NCBI GenBank assembly: GCA_963789395.1
Contig: CAWBKP010000024.1
Coordinates: 320,001 to 384,000, forward strand
Reading direction: 5' to 3'
Source: an uncultured delta proteobacterium
GTDB lineage: Bacteria; Desulfobacterota; Desulfobacteria; Desulfobacterales; Desulfatirhabdiaceae
Length of the DNA stretch: 64,000 nt
The position numbers were made by a program, and so were the translations under genes. Below are positions 1 to 10,888 of this stretch, piece after piece (positions within the stretch are counted from its first letter, which is position 1; the number at the start of each line of letters is the position of its first letter). The notes under the pieces were generated by a model. That model had not been told where the DNA came from, did not search any database, and was given only the letters and a program-made list of their open reading frames with translations.

Positions 1-1
1 T

Positions 2-1426
2 CCCGGATTTCTTTGCGATCTTGCTCGCCTGGAGTGGCACATCCTGAAAATCAAGGAACAGGAAATCGCCATTCCGCGTCATCTGAATGAGATGATCCTC
101 AACCCTTCGCTGGAACTGCTCGAGTTTGGCTGGAAAAAGCTGACGGATTGTCTGAGCCCGGCTTGTCCGGGTGTTCCGGAGCCGGGGAATGAATTCGTCA
201 TGGTATGGAAGCACCCCAAAGAAGGTGAGGTTCGTGCACTGGCCGCCTCTGCCGAGGATCTTCTGGTGCTTAAAATGATCGTTGAAAAAATTGATCGCAA
301 GGAGGTTGCGCGTATCGGTGATTTGCCGGTTGCTGCCGTGGATGCGGCCATGGAACGTGCCGTTGAAAAAGGGATTCTCTTTGCTCCGCGGTCATCCATT
401 CGGCGGGAGTTTCCCGCCATTGAATCGGCTGCTTGTGACAACGGGATGTATCTGTCATCCCCGGCGTTTACGCTGCAATGGCACGTCACGCAGGCATGCG
501 ATCTGCATTGCAGGCATTGCTACGATCGTAGCGACCGATCCGCTCTCACGCTTGATGAGGCGCTAAGAATTCTCGATGATCTGGACGGTTTCTGCCGAAA
601 TAAGCATGTAACGGGGCAGATTTCCTTTACCGGTGGCAATCCGCTGCTGCATCCAGATTTTTCCGCCATATATCATGCCGCAGCAAACCTTGGCTTTACG
701 ATGGCGATTCTTGGCAATCCTGCGCCGCGAAAACAGCTTGCGGAATTGATTTCCATTCAGATGCCCAGTTTTTTTCAAGTGAGCCTTGAGGGCTTGCCTG
801 AATACAATGATTATATCCGGGGAAACGGCCATTTTGAAAGGGTGATGGGTTTTCTGGATCTGCTCCGTAATCTTGGTGTTTATTCCATGGTGATGCTTAC
901 CCTGAACAAGGATAATCTCGATCAGGTCATTCCTCTGGGTGAAAGGTTGCGGGGCAGGGCGGATGTCTTCTATTTCAATCGCCTGGCGCTGGTGGGTGAG
1001 GGGGCGGCTCTGGAGCTTCCGTCAAGAAAAGACTATATCGCTTTTCTTGAAAATTACCTTGCGGCCTCGAATGAGAACCCGGTTCTTGGCCTGAAAGACA
1101 ACCTTTTCAATGTTCACATGCACCATAAAGGCATGGAGCCCTTCGGGGGGTGTACCGGTTTCGGGTGCGGGGCAGCCTTCAATTTTATATCCGTTCTTCC
1201 GGACGGAGAGGTTCACGCCTGCAGGAAATTTCCATCACCCATCGGCAGCCTGCTGTCGCAAAGCATTGAAGAAATATATGACTCGAACATTGCTCGCCGG
1301 TACCGATCCGGATGCGCGGAATGCCGGCAATGCTCACTGCATCCGGTATGCGGGGGGTGTCTGGCTTGCGCTTACAGCCATGGGCTCAACATTTTTGAAC
1401 AAAAAGACCCATTCTGTTTTTTGTAA
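2..1426 (+). CDS. sbtM: Radical SAM/SPASM peptide maturase, selenobiotic (SbtM-like) family; 5' truncated by window edge
   Basis: Frame is open from base 2 (PGFLCDLARLEW...). CxxxCxxC (CDLHCRHC), FTGGNP, and SPASM cysteines (GCTGFGCGAA...CAECRQCSLHPVCGGC...DPFCF) follow a long N-terminal extension. Family recognised from memory, not by search. Confidence 0.8.
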   Translation, partial: PGFLCDLARLEWHILKIKEQEIAIPRHLNEMILNPSLELLEFGWKKLTDCLSPACPGVPEPGNEFVMVWKHPKEGEVRALAASAEDLLVLKMIVEKIDRKEVARIGDLPVAAVDAAMERAVEKGILFAPRSSIRREFPAIESAACDNGMYLSSPAFTLQWHVTQACDLHCRHCYDRSDRSALTLDEALRILDDLDGFCRNKHVTGQISFTGGNPLLHPDFSAIYHAAANLGFTMAILGNPAPRKQLAELISIQMPSFFQVSLEGLPEYNDYIRGNGHFERVMGFLDLLRNLGVYSMVMLTLNKDNLDQVIPLGERLRGRADVFYFNRLALVGEGAALELPSRKDYIAFLENYLAASNENPVLGLKDNLFNVHMHHKGMEPFGGCTGFGCGAAFNFISVLPDGEVHACRKFPSPIGSLLSQSIEEIYDSNIARRYRSGCAECRQCSLHPVCGGCLACAYSHGLNIFEQKDPFCFL

Positions 1427-1499
1427 GATAACACGCTTAAAGGCTTCGCAACCATTCACGATCAGACTGATCACATCCGTATAGAAATACACAAGCACA

Positions 1500-1607
1500 G
1501 TCATTCCGGGCTTTACCCGGAATCCAGAGCGAAGGATTGTAAAGCTTTCTGCGAGAGTTACGCCTATGGCACAGCGGCTTCTGGATTCCGGCATTTGCCG
1601 GAATGAC
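1500..1607. repeat. REP-like/miniature palindromic element: two hairpin units in inverted orientation
   Basis: GTCATTCCGGG-CTTTA-CCCGGAATCCAG (1500-1527) and CTGGATTCCGGC-ATTT-GCCGGAATGAC (1581-1607) are near reverse complements, each self-complementary, between convergent genes. Confidence 0.75.
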
Positions 1608-1637
1608 GTGAAAGGGTATTACGGCTTTTGAATTCTA

Positions 1638-2093
1638 TTAATCCAGAAACTTGCGGGAATTCAAATGCAGACCTTTGCCGGGCAGTGTCATCAGGGTTGA
1701 CGTGCCGTGGGCAATCAATTCCCGCTTTTCGTTCAGTACGCTGGTTTCGGCATAGCTGATTGACTTTCCCGAACGAATGGTGCGCCCCTCTGCGATCAAT
1801 CGACCGTTTTCGACAGGTTTGAGGTAATTCAGTTTCAGGTCGATGTTCACCAGGCCCGCGCCCTCCGGAAGCCTCATGTAAACCGACCAGAATGTCGCCG
1901 TGTCGATCACGGTGGCTATCACGCCCCCGTGTACAATGCCGTACGGCTGAAGATGGCAACGGCCGGTTTTCAGTTCAATGATCGCCTTGTCCAGTGCGAT
2001 GCGTACCAGTCGCATCGACATGTGCTCCGGATAAGGGCTGGTGTTGACGATTTCAATCAATTCGCGAATATATTCCGGGTTTGGATTCAGCAA
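1638..2093 (-). CDS. PaaI family hotdog-fold thioesterase
   Basis: QPYGIVHGGVIATVIDTA motif; LKLNYLKP; 151 aa. Confidence 0.9.
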   Translation of the reverse strand: MLNPNPEYIRELIEIVNTSPYPEHMSMRLVRIALDKAIIELKTGRCHLQPYGIVHGGVIATVIDTATFWSVYMRLPEGAGLVNIDLKLNYLKPVENGRLIAEGRTIRSGKSISYAETSVLNEKRELIAHGTSTLMTLPGKGLHLNSRKFLD

Positions 2094-2104
2094 CGAGAGC
2101 TCCT

Positions 2105-3253
2105 TTATCTCTTTCGTACGATCAGGCTGCCTATGGAATAACCGGCTCCAAAAGAGCAGATCACGCCGATATCACCGCTCAATAGGTCCTGGTTGTGCAG
2201 GTGAAAGGCGATGATCGAACCTGCGGAAGCCGTGTTGGCGTACCGGTCCAGGACTACGGGTGCCAGATCCATGCCGGCTTCCTTTCCAAACAGCCTGTTT
2301 GAGATCAGGGTATTCATGTTGATATTGGCCTGGTGCAGCCAGAATCGTCTGATTTCCGGGACTGTCAGTCCCAGGCTTTCTATATGTGTCCGGAGGTGCT
2401 GTTCCGCCATGGGACAGACATCCTTGTAAACTTTTCGTCCGTTTTGATGGAAAAGCTTGTCCGCACCGAAGGGATCCACATCGTTGGCGCGGCTGAGGAT
2501 CCCGAAATTGGACCTGACGTTGCTGGAAAACTGGGTCATGGCCTTTGTGCTGAGGATATCGTAGCTGTGAAGCGACGTTACGGTGTCGGCCCGCTCCACA
2601 ATGGTGGCGGTGGCGACATCGCCAAAGATAAAATGGCTGTCACGATTGCAATAGTCAACCTGGGAGGTTATCAACTCCGGGTTGATCAGCAGGACGCAGC
2701 GTGCCGTACCGGCCGCCACCATCTCGTAACCCCTTTGCAGGGCGAATGTGGCTGCCGAACAGGCCACCAGCATGTCAAAGCCAAATCCCTTTATGCCCAG
2801 TTCGTTCTGCACTTCGATGGCAATGGCGGGGTAGGCGCGCTGGGTGTACGCGCAGGAGACGATCACGGCATCAATGTCATCAGCGGTTTTGTTGGCGGCT
2901 TTCATGGCGTCCCTGGCGGCATAAACGGCGATCTCCGCCTGGTTGGAAAGTGCATCTTCAGGCCGTTCGGGGATGGCGGGATGCATCCGCTCTATGTCCA
3001 GAATGCCCTCCTTGACGTAAGCATAACGCTGCTTGATGCCGGATGCCTTGACGATAAATTCAACTGATGATTTATGCTTGGGCTCGAGATCACCGGCCTG
3101 AATGGCTGCTTCATGTTCCGTATTGTACTTGTCGGTCCAGGCATTGTAAGAGGCCACAAGCTCCTCGTTAGTGATGATATGTTCCGGGGTCCAAAGGCCC
3201 GTGCCGCTGATAACGACTCTGGCTGGTATTTCTACTGTCATGGAAGTCCTCAT
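2105..3253 (-). CDS. Beta-ketoacyl-ACP synthase III (long FabH-like type)
   Basis: Catalytic triad motifs VACSAA, WLHQAN, YANTASAG; C-terminal SFGAG. Confidence 0.9.
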   Translation of the reverse strand: MRTSMTVEIPARVVISGTGLWTPEHIITNEELVASYNAWTDKYNTEHEAAIQAGDLEPKHKSSVEFIVKASGIKQRYAYVKEGILDIERMHPAIPERPEDALSNQAEIAVYAARDAMKAANKTADDIDAVIVSCAYTQRAYPAIAIEVQNELGIKGFGFDMLVACSAATFALQRGYEMVAAGTARCVLLINPELITSQVDYCNRDSHFIFGDVATATIVERADTVTSLHSYDILSTKAMTQFSSNVRSNFGILSRANDVDPFGADKLFHQNGRKVYKDVCPMAEQHLRTHIESLGLTVPEIRRFWLHQANINMNTLISNRLFGKEAGMDLAPVVLDRYANTASAGSIIAFHLHNQDLLSGDIGVICSFGAGYSIGSLIVRKR

Positions 3254-3750
3254 TCTTGTGATAAACGCATTACATCATGGCCGCAAATCCGCTGAAGCGC
3301 CGTATGATTAACGATCATGAGTTTTCATGGATTCTTGTTTAAATGGGTTGCGAAGGAAATGCAAAAAGTACGAATTGAAATATATGAGGGAAAATATCCG
3401 ATTTCGATGCCCCTGCGTTTGATATGAACAACCCTTTTATCTAATTTATCAGTTTAGCAGATGAAGATCAATGCAGAAAATGGGCTTCATTTTCATAACG
3501 AGTTCATAAAGAATTAACTATATGATATAATGGAATGATATTTGAATTAATATGGATCGAAAGCTTCACGTTCACGATGAAACATGTTATTGATAGTTCT
3601 GATGAATCATGTCATTCTCGTTCGTGATAAGGAACAACCCAAGAAACCGAACAATACGATAACTCCTCCGGCATGGGCATCTTGTTGGGGATAAAGTGGG
3701 AAGTTGAAAATAATAACAAAAATGACGGCTCCGTGACATGAGGTAATGAA

Positions 3751-3975
3751 TTGTTTGTGAATCGATGCTTTTGGTGGCCGGTTATTTGTGCGACGCTATT
3801 AATTCAAGGCTGCACGTATCGGGCGTGGTACGAAGGATTTCAGGAAAAACAACGTCAGGATTGTTATCGGAACCACAGCCAGGATCAGGTTCAGAACTGT
3901 CTGGATGCAGTAAATGACAGAACGTATGATCAGTATAAGAAAGAGCGGGAAGATATGATCAAAAAGGCTCCATAG
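3751..3975 (+). CDS. Small putative lipoprotein
   Basis: Hydrophobic leader ending in lipobox-like LIQGC; two further Cys; start codon uncertain (TTG 3751 or GTG 3757). Confidence 0.65.
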   Translation: MFVNRCFWWPVICATLLIQGCTYRAWYEGFQEKQRQDCYRNHSQDQVQNCLDAVNDRTYDQYKKEREDMIKKAP

Positions 3976-4005
3976 CTGCCGGTAATACCGGGAAGGAAAA
4001 CCGTT

Positions 4006-4374
4006 ATGAAATTTACTTTTGCACACAATAACTTCAACGTGTTGAACCTGGAAAAAAGCCTTGGTTTCTATAAAAAGGCGCTGCAACTGACTGAGGTCAG
4101 AAGGCGGGAAGCAGCGGACGGCAGCTTCATTCTGGTATTTCTCGGCGACGGCCAGATGCCGCACCAGCTCGAATTAACCTGGCTCAGGGACCGGCAGGAA
4201 GCTTACAACCTCGGTGACAACGAATTCCATCTTGCCTTTACGGTGGACGACTTTGCGGGCGCCCATGCGCTGCATGAACAGATGGGTTGTATCTGTTATG
4301 AAAACAAAGCTATGGGAATCTATTTCATCAATGATCCTGATAATTACTGGATCGAAATTGTCCCCAAAAGATGA
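4006..4374 (+). CDS. VOC family protein / lactoylglutathione lyase
   Basis: HNNFNV..LEKSLGFY, LELTW, HLAF, DPDNYWIEI glyoxalase I pattern; SD GGAAGG. Confidence 0.9.
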   Translation: MKFTFAHNNFNVLNLEKSLGFYKKALQLTEVRRREAADGSFILVFLGDGQMPHQLELTWLRDRQEAYNLGDNEFHLAFTVDDFAGAHALHEQMGCICYENKAMGIYFINDPDNYWIEIVPKR

Positions 4375-4386
4375 TGCGGGTGGCTG

Positions 4387-5633
4387 ATGACATACCAGCG
4401 GTTCCCATTCATTTCAGCCGGGAATGAACACTGTTTGACCCGGCGCCGGTTTCTGGCATTGGGCGCCAGATTCGCCCTGATGGCCGGCAGCTGCCAGTCT
4501 GTTTCCTTGTGCATTGCCGGTATCAGCCGGATCGCAGGACCTGCCGGATGCCCGGTACTGGGCAGGATCAATCGGTGAAAAGGCCGACTGCCTGGTCTGT
4601 CATACCGACAATGAGCAGACAGGAAAGCTTCCGGCTCAAAAAGACTACCATCGGAAACAGCCGATCGTCAAATGCCTGCTGTGCGCTCAGGAGTGTGTGC
4701 TGAAAGACGGGGAGCGGGGCCGGTGCCGGGCAAGAATCAATCATGACGGCGTCTTGAAAAGCCTGGTCTATGGCCGTCCCGCAGCCATTCATGTCGACCC
4801 CGTTGAAAAAAAGCCGTTTTATCATTTTCTGCCCGGTTCAAACGCTTTTTCCCTGGGAACAGCCGGATGCCCGCTTAGCTGCCGGTTCTGTCAGAACTGG
4901 GAAATATCCCAGGCCAGACCTGAAGATATCCATACTTCGGTTTATTCTGCCGAAGAAATCGTTTCCTGCTGCCGCCCAAAGACACAGCCCCGTCATCGCG
5001 TTCACCTACAACGAACCCACGGTGTTTATCGAGTACCTTACGGACATTGCCCGGCAGGGCCGAAAGCAGCGGATGAAAAGTGTGCTGGTTAGTTGCGGGT
5101 TCATGAATTTGCGGCCCCTGGATGAGATGTGCGAGGTTCTGGATGCGATCAAGATCGATCTGAAGGGATTCAGTCCGGATTTTTATCGCGATGTCTGCGG
5201 TGCGGAACTGGACCCGGTGCTGCGCAGCATCAAGCAGATATCCAGAAAAGGCGTGCATCTTGAGATCGTCAACCTGGTTGTTCCCACGCTAAACGATTCC
5301 CCTGCCATGATGACCCGCCTGATCGAGTGGGTGGCCGGTGAAATCGGCCCGGATGTCCCATTGCATTTCACCCGGTTTCATCCGGCTTACCAGATGCTGC
5401 AATTGCCCCCGACCCCGGTTTCAACCCTTGAAACAGCCTATGAAACCGCCAAGTCAAAAGGACTTCATTATCCCTACGTGGGCAATGTACCGTCGCACCC
5501 GGGAAACCACACGTATTGTCCGTCATGCGGCAAAACGGTCGTGGAACGGACTGGTTTTTTTGTTCTGTCGAACCGGATCACAAACGGCAAATGCCCGTTC
5601 TGCGGGCGGGCCATCGCCGGCGTGTGGTCCTGA
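4387..5633 (+). CDS. amrS: AmmeMemoRadiSam radical SAM enzyme with twin-arginine leader (2 frameshifts, ~4510 and ~4965)
   Basis: ORFs 4387-4578, 4514-5092 and 4770-5633 join to give TRRRFL leader, CLLCAQEC..C, DPVEKKPFYHF, GCPLSCRFCQNWEISQ, AFTYNEPT, HFTRFHP, TYCPSCG..CPFCG. Confidence 0.88.
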
Positions 5634-5652
5634 AACCAGGAGGAGGTACACT

Positions 5653-7160
5653 ATGAAATGGTTTCGATGGATCTTCGTCCTGCTGGCGTTCTGCGGGGTG
5701 CAATCCGCAGATTGCGACGATGTGCGTTATGCAGTTATGGCCGGCAAGTTCTATCCGGATGAACCCGGCCGGCTTTCCACTGTTATCGATTACATGATGC
5801 AGGATGCGCTGGCGCCCGAACTGGAAAAACCGGTAGTGCTGGTGGTACCCCATGCAGGGTACGTTTATTCCGGCCAGATCTGTGCGGATGCATTCAGGCT
5901 GGCTTCCCGATATTCATATGACAGGATCATAATTCTGGGGACCAATCACACGGCTTCGGATTTTCAAGGCGTCTCTATCTTTGATACCGGTGAATTCGAG
6001 ACCCCGCTGGGCCGGATTCCGGTCGATGAAGAGATGGCAAAAAAAATTATTGCAACCGGCAAACCCGTTACGGCCGACCGAAGGGTCCATCTTCGGAGCA
6101 TTCGATCGAAGTGATTCTGCCATTCATCCAGAAGGTTTTTCCAAAAGCAAAAATTGTTCCCATAATTGTCGGTGAACCAAATTTGGAGATGTGCCAAAGG
6201 TTCGGCGGCATTCTTGCCGAAGCGTTGCGGGAGAAAAACGCGCTTATCATCGCCAGTTCGGATTTGTCTCATTACCCGGGCTACAGCGATGCTAACGAAG
6301 TGGACCGCGGTACCCTGAACGCCGTATTGAGGCTTGATCCGGGCGTGCTTCTGACCGAAGTCCGGCGTCAGGAGGGCCTGCACGTCCGGAATTTGGCGAC
6401 CACTGCCTGCGGGCTTGCGCCGATCCTGACCGCAATGGCCGCGGCCCGGTCCCTTGGCGCGGACTGCGGCCGGGTCATCAGTTATGCCAATTCCGGCGAT
6501 ACCACGCTTGGCGACCGTTCCAGGGTGGTCGGCTATGCCGCCGTATCGTTTTGCAAGGCATCTCTGCCCTGTAGTGAATCTTTGAAAGCCCGGACTCCTG
6601 ATCAGGGGGCCATGCCGCCGACTCTGACCGGAGAGCAGAAACAGGTGCTGCTTTTTTTTGCCCGGAATACTCTGAAGCAGTATCTGGAAACCGAGACCAC
6701 ACCGCTCTTCAGGCGGGAAGACCCTGCTTTCCAGGAAAATCAGGGGGCGTTCGTCACCCTGAAAAAACACGGCGAACTGCGCGGATGTATCGGCAACATG
6801 ACACAGGACTTGCCTTTGTACCAGGTCGTCGGCCGAATGGCCCTGTCAGCGGCGCTTCAAGACTCCAGATTCCCCCAACTTTCCCTGGCCGAGCTGAAAG
6901 ATGTAAAGATTGAGATCTCTGCTTTATCGCCCTATCAACGGGTTGCGTCCGTTGACAAGATCCGGGTCGGACAGGACGGGGTCTTGCTGAAACGCTCCGG
7001 CCGCTCAGCGGTTTTTCTGCCGCAGGTGGCGCCGGAGCAGGGCTGGACCCGGAATGAAATGCTGGACAACCTGTGCCGCAAGGCCGGGCTTGCATCGGAT
7101 TGCTGGAAGCAGGACGCCGAGTTTTATACTTTCCAGGCAGTCATATTCAGTGAACCCTGA
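5653..7160 (+). CDS. amrB: AmmeMemoRadiSam protein B (Memo)-protein A (AMMECR1) fusion with signal peptide (frameshift ~6095)
   Basis: SD AGGAGG then MKWFRWIFVLLAFCGVQSA. Memo motifs AGKFYP, PHAGYVYSG, ASSDLSHY, VVGYAA. AMMECR1 motifs GAFVTL..GELRGCIG, DSRF, FLPQVA, LCRKAG. Confidence 0.88.
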
Positions 7161-9406
7161 CCCTTCCGGCCCGGCCGGTTTAAGTACCGGCTTACCCACC
7201 GGCGGGGATTCATCCGGGATCTCAGCGCTGGATCCGGTATTGTTCGGCATCGGATGTGTATCGGTTCTTGGTCAGGTGATTCTTTTCCGGGAATGGATGG
7301 TTGCCGGTTACGGAGTTGAGCTTATCTGCGTTCTGGCCCTGGGCGCCTGGATGCTCCTGAACGCAGCAGGCGTTTTCCTTGCGGCGGCGGGGCGCGGACC
7401 GGGTCTGTCTGCCGCGCTGTTCCTGGCGGGTTTTGGGGTCATGGCCGATTTGGTTTTCATCCGGTCGCTGCGGAATCTGGCCGGACTTCCGCCGGGAACC
7501 TATCTTCCGCTGTCCGTTTTTGTTCCGGCTGTCGTTTTGTCCCTGCTGCCACTTTGCATGTTTCTGGGAGCTGCTTTTCAGCGGGCCGCCGATCTTGGAT
7601 CGCGGCACGGCCGTACCCTTGCCCGCGCATATGCCGTGGAATGTTCGGGCAGCTTATTCGGAGGGCTGTTATCCGCCCTGATGCTGTATGGGGGCATTCA
7701 GAACATGCTCCAGGCCATTGTCTGTGCTGCCATTACGATCGCTACTGCAATCCTGGCCATCGGAGCAAGTCTCGGAAAGCGGCAGAAACCCGGGCAGGCT
7801 TTTCTTGAAATTGCTTTTTGCTGGCATATTCCTGATCACCCTGACTGCAGGCTCCGATAGGCTGGACCCGGCCATGACCCGGTGGAACCACCCTTTGCTT
7901 GTGGAAAGCCTGGATTCAGGATATGGCCGGCTCACGGTGACCCGGAGCCAGGGGCAGACGGTGCTGTATCAAAATGACGTCCTGATTGCCGACAGCCAAT
8001 CCGTCAGTGCCGAGGAACTGGTTCATATGGCCTGCCTTCAGCATCCGGACCCCCGGCAGGTGCTGATCCTGGAAGGATCGGCCGAAGGGCTTGCCATGGA
8101 GGCGGCCCGGCATCGGCCGGATCAAATCGATCAGGTTGATATCGATCCGGCCCTGATACGGTTGACTCGAAAATACATGACAGCGGATTTACCGGAGTCT
8201 GTTTCTAACGTCAAAATACTTACCCATACTCAGGACCCGCGCCAGTACCTGCGACAGGATAAGACCTACGATGTGATTATTTCCGGCTGCTCCGAACCAT
8301 CGACAGCTCTTGCGAACCGGTTTTTTACCCGGACGTTTTTCAAATGGTGCAAGGCGCGACTGGCGCCCGGTGGCATTCTGGGATTCGGGCTGAATTCATC
8401 GGAGAATTTCTGGTCTCCGGCATTGTCATATCGGAATGCTTCCGTCATTGCTGCGCTTTACACCGAGTTCCGGCATGTCCTGGTGCTTCCGGGAAGCGTC
8501 AACGTGGTGCTGGCGTCTCAGTTTCCCCTTGTGTTCGATCCGGATATCCTGATCGCGCGATACCGGGACCGGGATCTGAAAACGCGGCTGGTGACGCCGC
8601 CTTACCTGGAGTATGTCCTGTCCAATGATCGGCTGGCCGAGATCGGCCGAATCCTTGCGATCCAGTCTGCCCCGCCGAACACGGACGATCGGCCGGTCTG
8701 CTATCCGCTGACAGCCTGGATATGGATTTCTAGACTGGTGCCGTCTCTGGCTCATCAGAACGTGTCCGACTGGATTCAGGCATCGCTTCGGTATGGGTGG
8801 ATTGCAGCGGCTTTAGTCATTCTTGCCTGTGGTATCGGGATGAACCGTCTGGCGGCAAGGGGCGGTTCTCTGGCTTATGCGGCAGCGGCTTTTGCCGGCT
8901 TTGGCGGGATGGTGCTGGAGAGCGCCATAATGCTCCAATACCAGACGCAGAGCGGCGCCCTGTATCAAAATATGGGGATTCTTTTTATGGCGTTCATGCT
9001 TGGCATGAGTGCGGGTGCAGCTGCCACGCTGAATTTGATGGACCGTTTCAGGGGCCGATCCGTTTCACGTTTCGCGGAGGCGCTACTGTTTTTGCTTCCG
9101 GCAGGTGTATGTCTGGGTTGGACCGGGATGCAATTTTATTGCGATGCGCCAGGGCTGTTTCCGATGGCCGTGTTGCTGGCAGTCGCAGGCTTCGGCGTAT
9201 CGGCCATATTCACCCGATACGCGAAAGAGTCCGGTCATTCGAGGCCTCTTTATGCGGCCGATGTTGCCGGCGGAGGTATCGGCGCTCTTGTCTGCGGATT
9301 ATTGCTTTTTCCGCTGCTGGGCTTAACCCGGTCTGTCTATCTGCTGGCCGGAATGTCCGTTGCGGCCGGCATCGGGGTTGCGCTGTCGACTCGTCATAGT
9401 TCTTGA
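7150..9406 (+). CDS. Multi-pass membrane protein with central spermidine-synthase-like SAM-dependent transferase domain (frameshift ~7790)
   Basis: N-terminal TM segments (GQVILFRE, AYAVECSGSLFGG); DSGYGRL, EELVH, VDIDP, DPRQYL..YDVII, NRFFTRTFF..RLAPGG; C-terminal TM bundle with LYAADVAGG. GTG start overlaps the amrB/A end. Confidence 0.8.
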
Positions 9407-9574
9407 CAGGTTGCTGCTTATTGCTTACACACAGTGAATTTCCTGACTGGATAAGAGAAGCCCGCCGGGACGCTAACGGCCATAGACACAAGCATCATTC
9501 TGGAGGTCCTGATCCCGAGAGCGCTTACAGGTCCATTATGGGTTAATCTTTGGAGAGGCACGCCTCGTTTAAAT

Positions 9575-10884
9575 ATGGAAACCGATCACAAGAACGACAA
9601 TCGGAATCGATCCGGATCCAGGACCGTAGCCGCAGCCCTGGGCGTTCTGGACAGCCCTCAAAGCACGAGCCGCTGGACGCGTCTGCTGCCTTTTCTGGGT
9701 CCGGCGTTTATTGCCAGCGTCGCTTATATCGATCCGGGAAATTTTGCAACGAACATCGCCGCCGGCGCGCAATTCGGGTACATGCTGCTCTGGGTGATTG
9801 TGGCCAGCAACCTCATGGCCATGCTCATCCAGACCCTTTCCGCCAAGCTGGGCATTGCAACGGGCATGAATCTGGCCGAGCACTGCCGGCAGATGTTTCC
9901 CAAGCCGGTGGTAATCGGGATGTGGGTGTTGATGGAACTGGTGGCGATGGCCACGGACCTTGCCGAATTTCTGGGCGCGGCCCTGGGATTCAATCTCCTG
10001 CTGGGGGTGCCGCTTTTTGCGGGAGCGCTTCTGACGGCGCTTGCGACATTTTTGATTCTGGGTCTCGAGCGATTCGGTTTCCGGCCGCTTGAAGCCGTGA
10101 TATCCGCCATGGTCGGCGTGGTAACGCTGTGTTATGTGGTGGAGACCCTTATCGTCAAACCGGATTGGGGCAATGTTCTGTACTTTGCCGTTGTCCCGCA
10201 TTTTAACGGGGCTGAAAGCGTTGTTCTGGCATCCGGCATTTTGGGCGCCACGGTCATGCCCCATGCTATTTTCCTGCATTCCGCGCTGACTCAGGGGCGC
10301 ATCGTGGTCAAGGACAGCGGTCAGTTAAAGCGCCTGTATCGATTATGAGATCGTGGATGTGGTGATCGCTCTGGGCGGCGCAAGCTTTGTCAATGCCGCC
10401 ATGCTGATCATGGCGGCGGCCACGTTTCATAAGACAGGGCTGACCCACATCGCCACCATCGAAGAAGCCTATCGAACCCTGGAGCCGCTGCTGGGAAAGG
10501 CGCCAGGCTGGTTTTTCGGCCTCTCGCTCCTGGTGGCCGGGCTGTCGTCGTCAACCGTGGGAACCAGCGCCGGTCAGGTCATCATGCAGGGATTTCTTGA
10601 AGCGGCATATTCCGGTCTGGGTTCGGCGACTGGTGACCATGGCCCCTTCGCTGATCGTTATCGGGATGGGCCTGGATCCCACCCACACATTGGTCATGAG
10701 CCAGGTGGTGCTCAGTTTCGGACTTCCGTTTGCCGTCATCCCGCTGGTGATGTTTACCAGCAGCAGGGATATCATGGGGGATCTGGTGAATCAGCCCCAG
10801 ACGACATTTTTCGCTGGTCTGGTTGCGGCCATCATTGTCGCATTGAATTGTTATCTTCTTTTTCAAATATTCACGGCAGGGTAA
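9575..10884 (+). CDS. mntH: Nramp family divalent metal transporter (2 frameshifts, ~10345 and ~10598)
   Basis: [48 protein letters not shown]. Confidence 0.9.
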
Positions 10885-10888
10885 TGTC

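Noticed and set aside
3254..3750. AT-rich 500-nt intergenic region as possible sRNA or foreign insert
   Set aside because: Consistent with a divergent promoter region; no convincing ORF, structure or terminal repeats.
10346..10348. TGA in mntH as possible selenocysteine
   Set aside because: Homology continues in a different frame, so this is an indel rather than readthrough.
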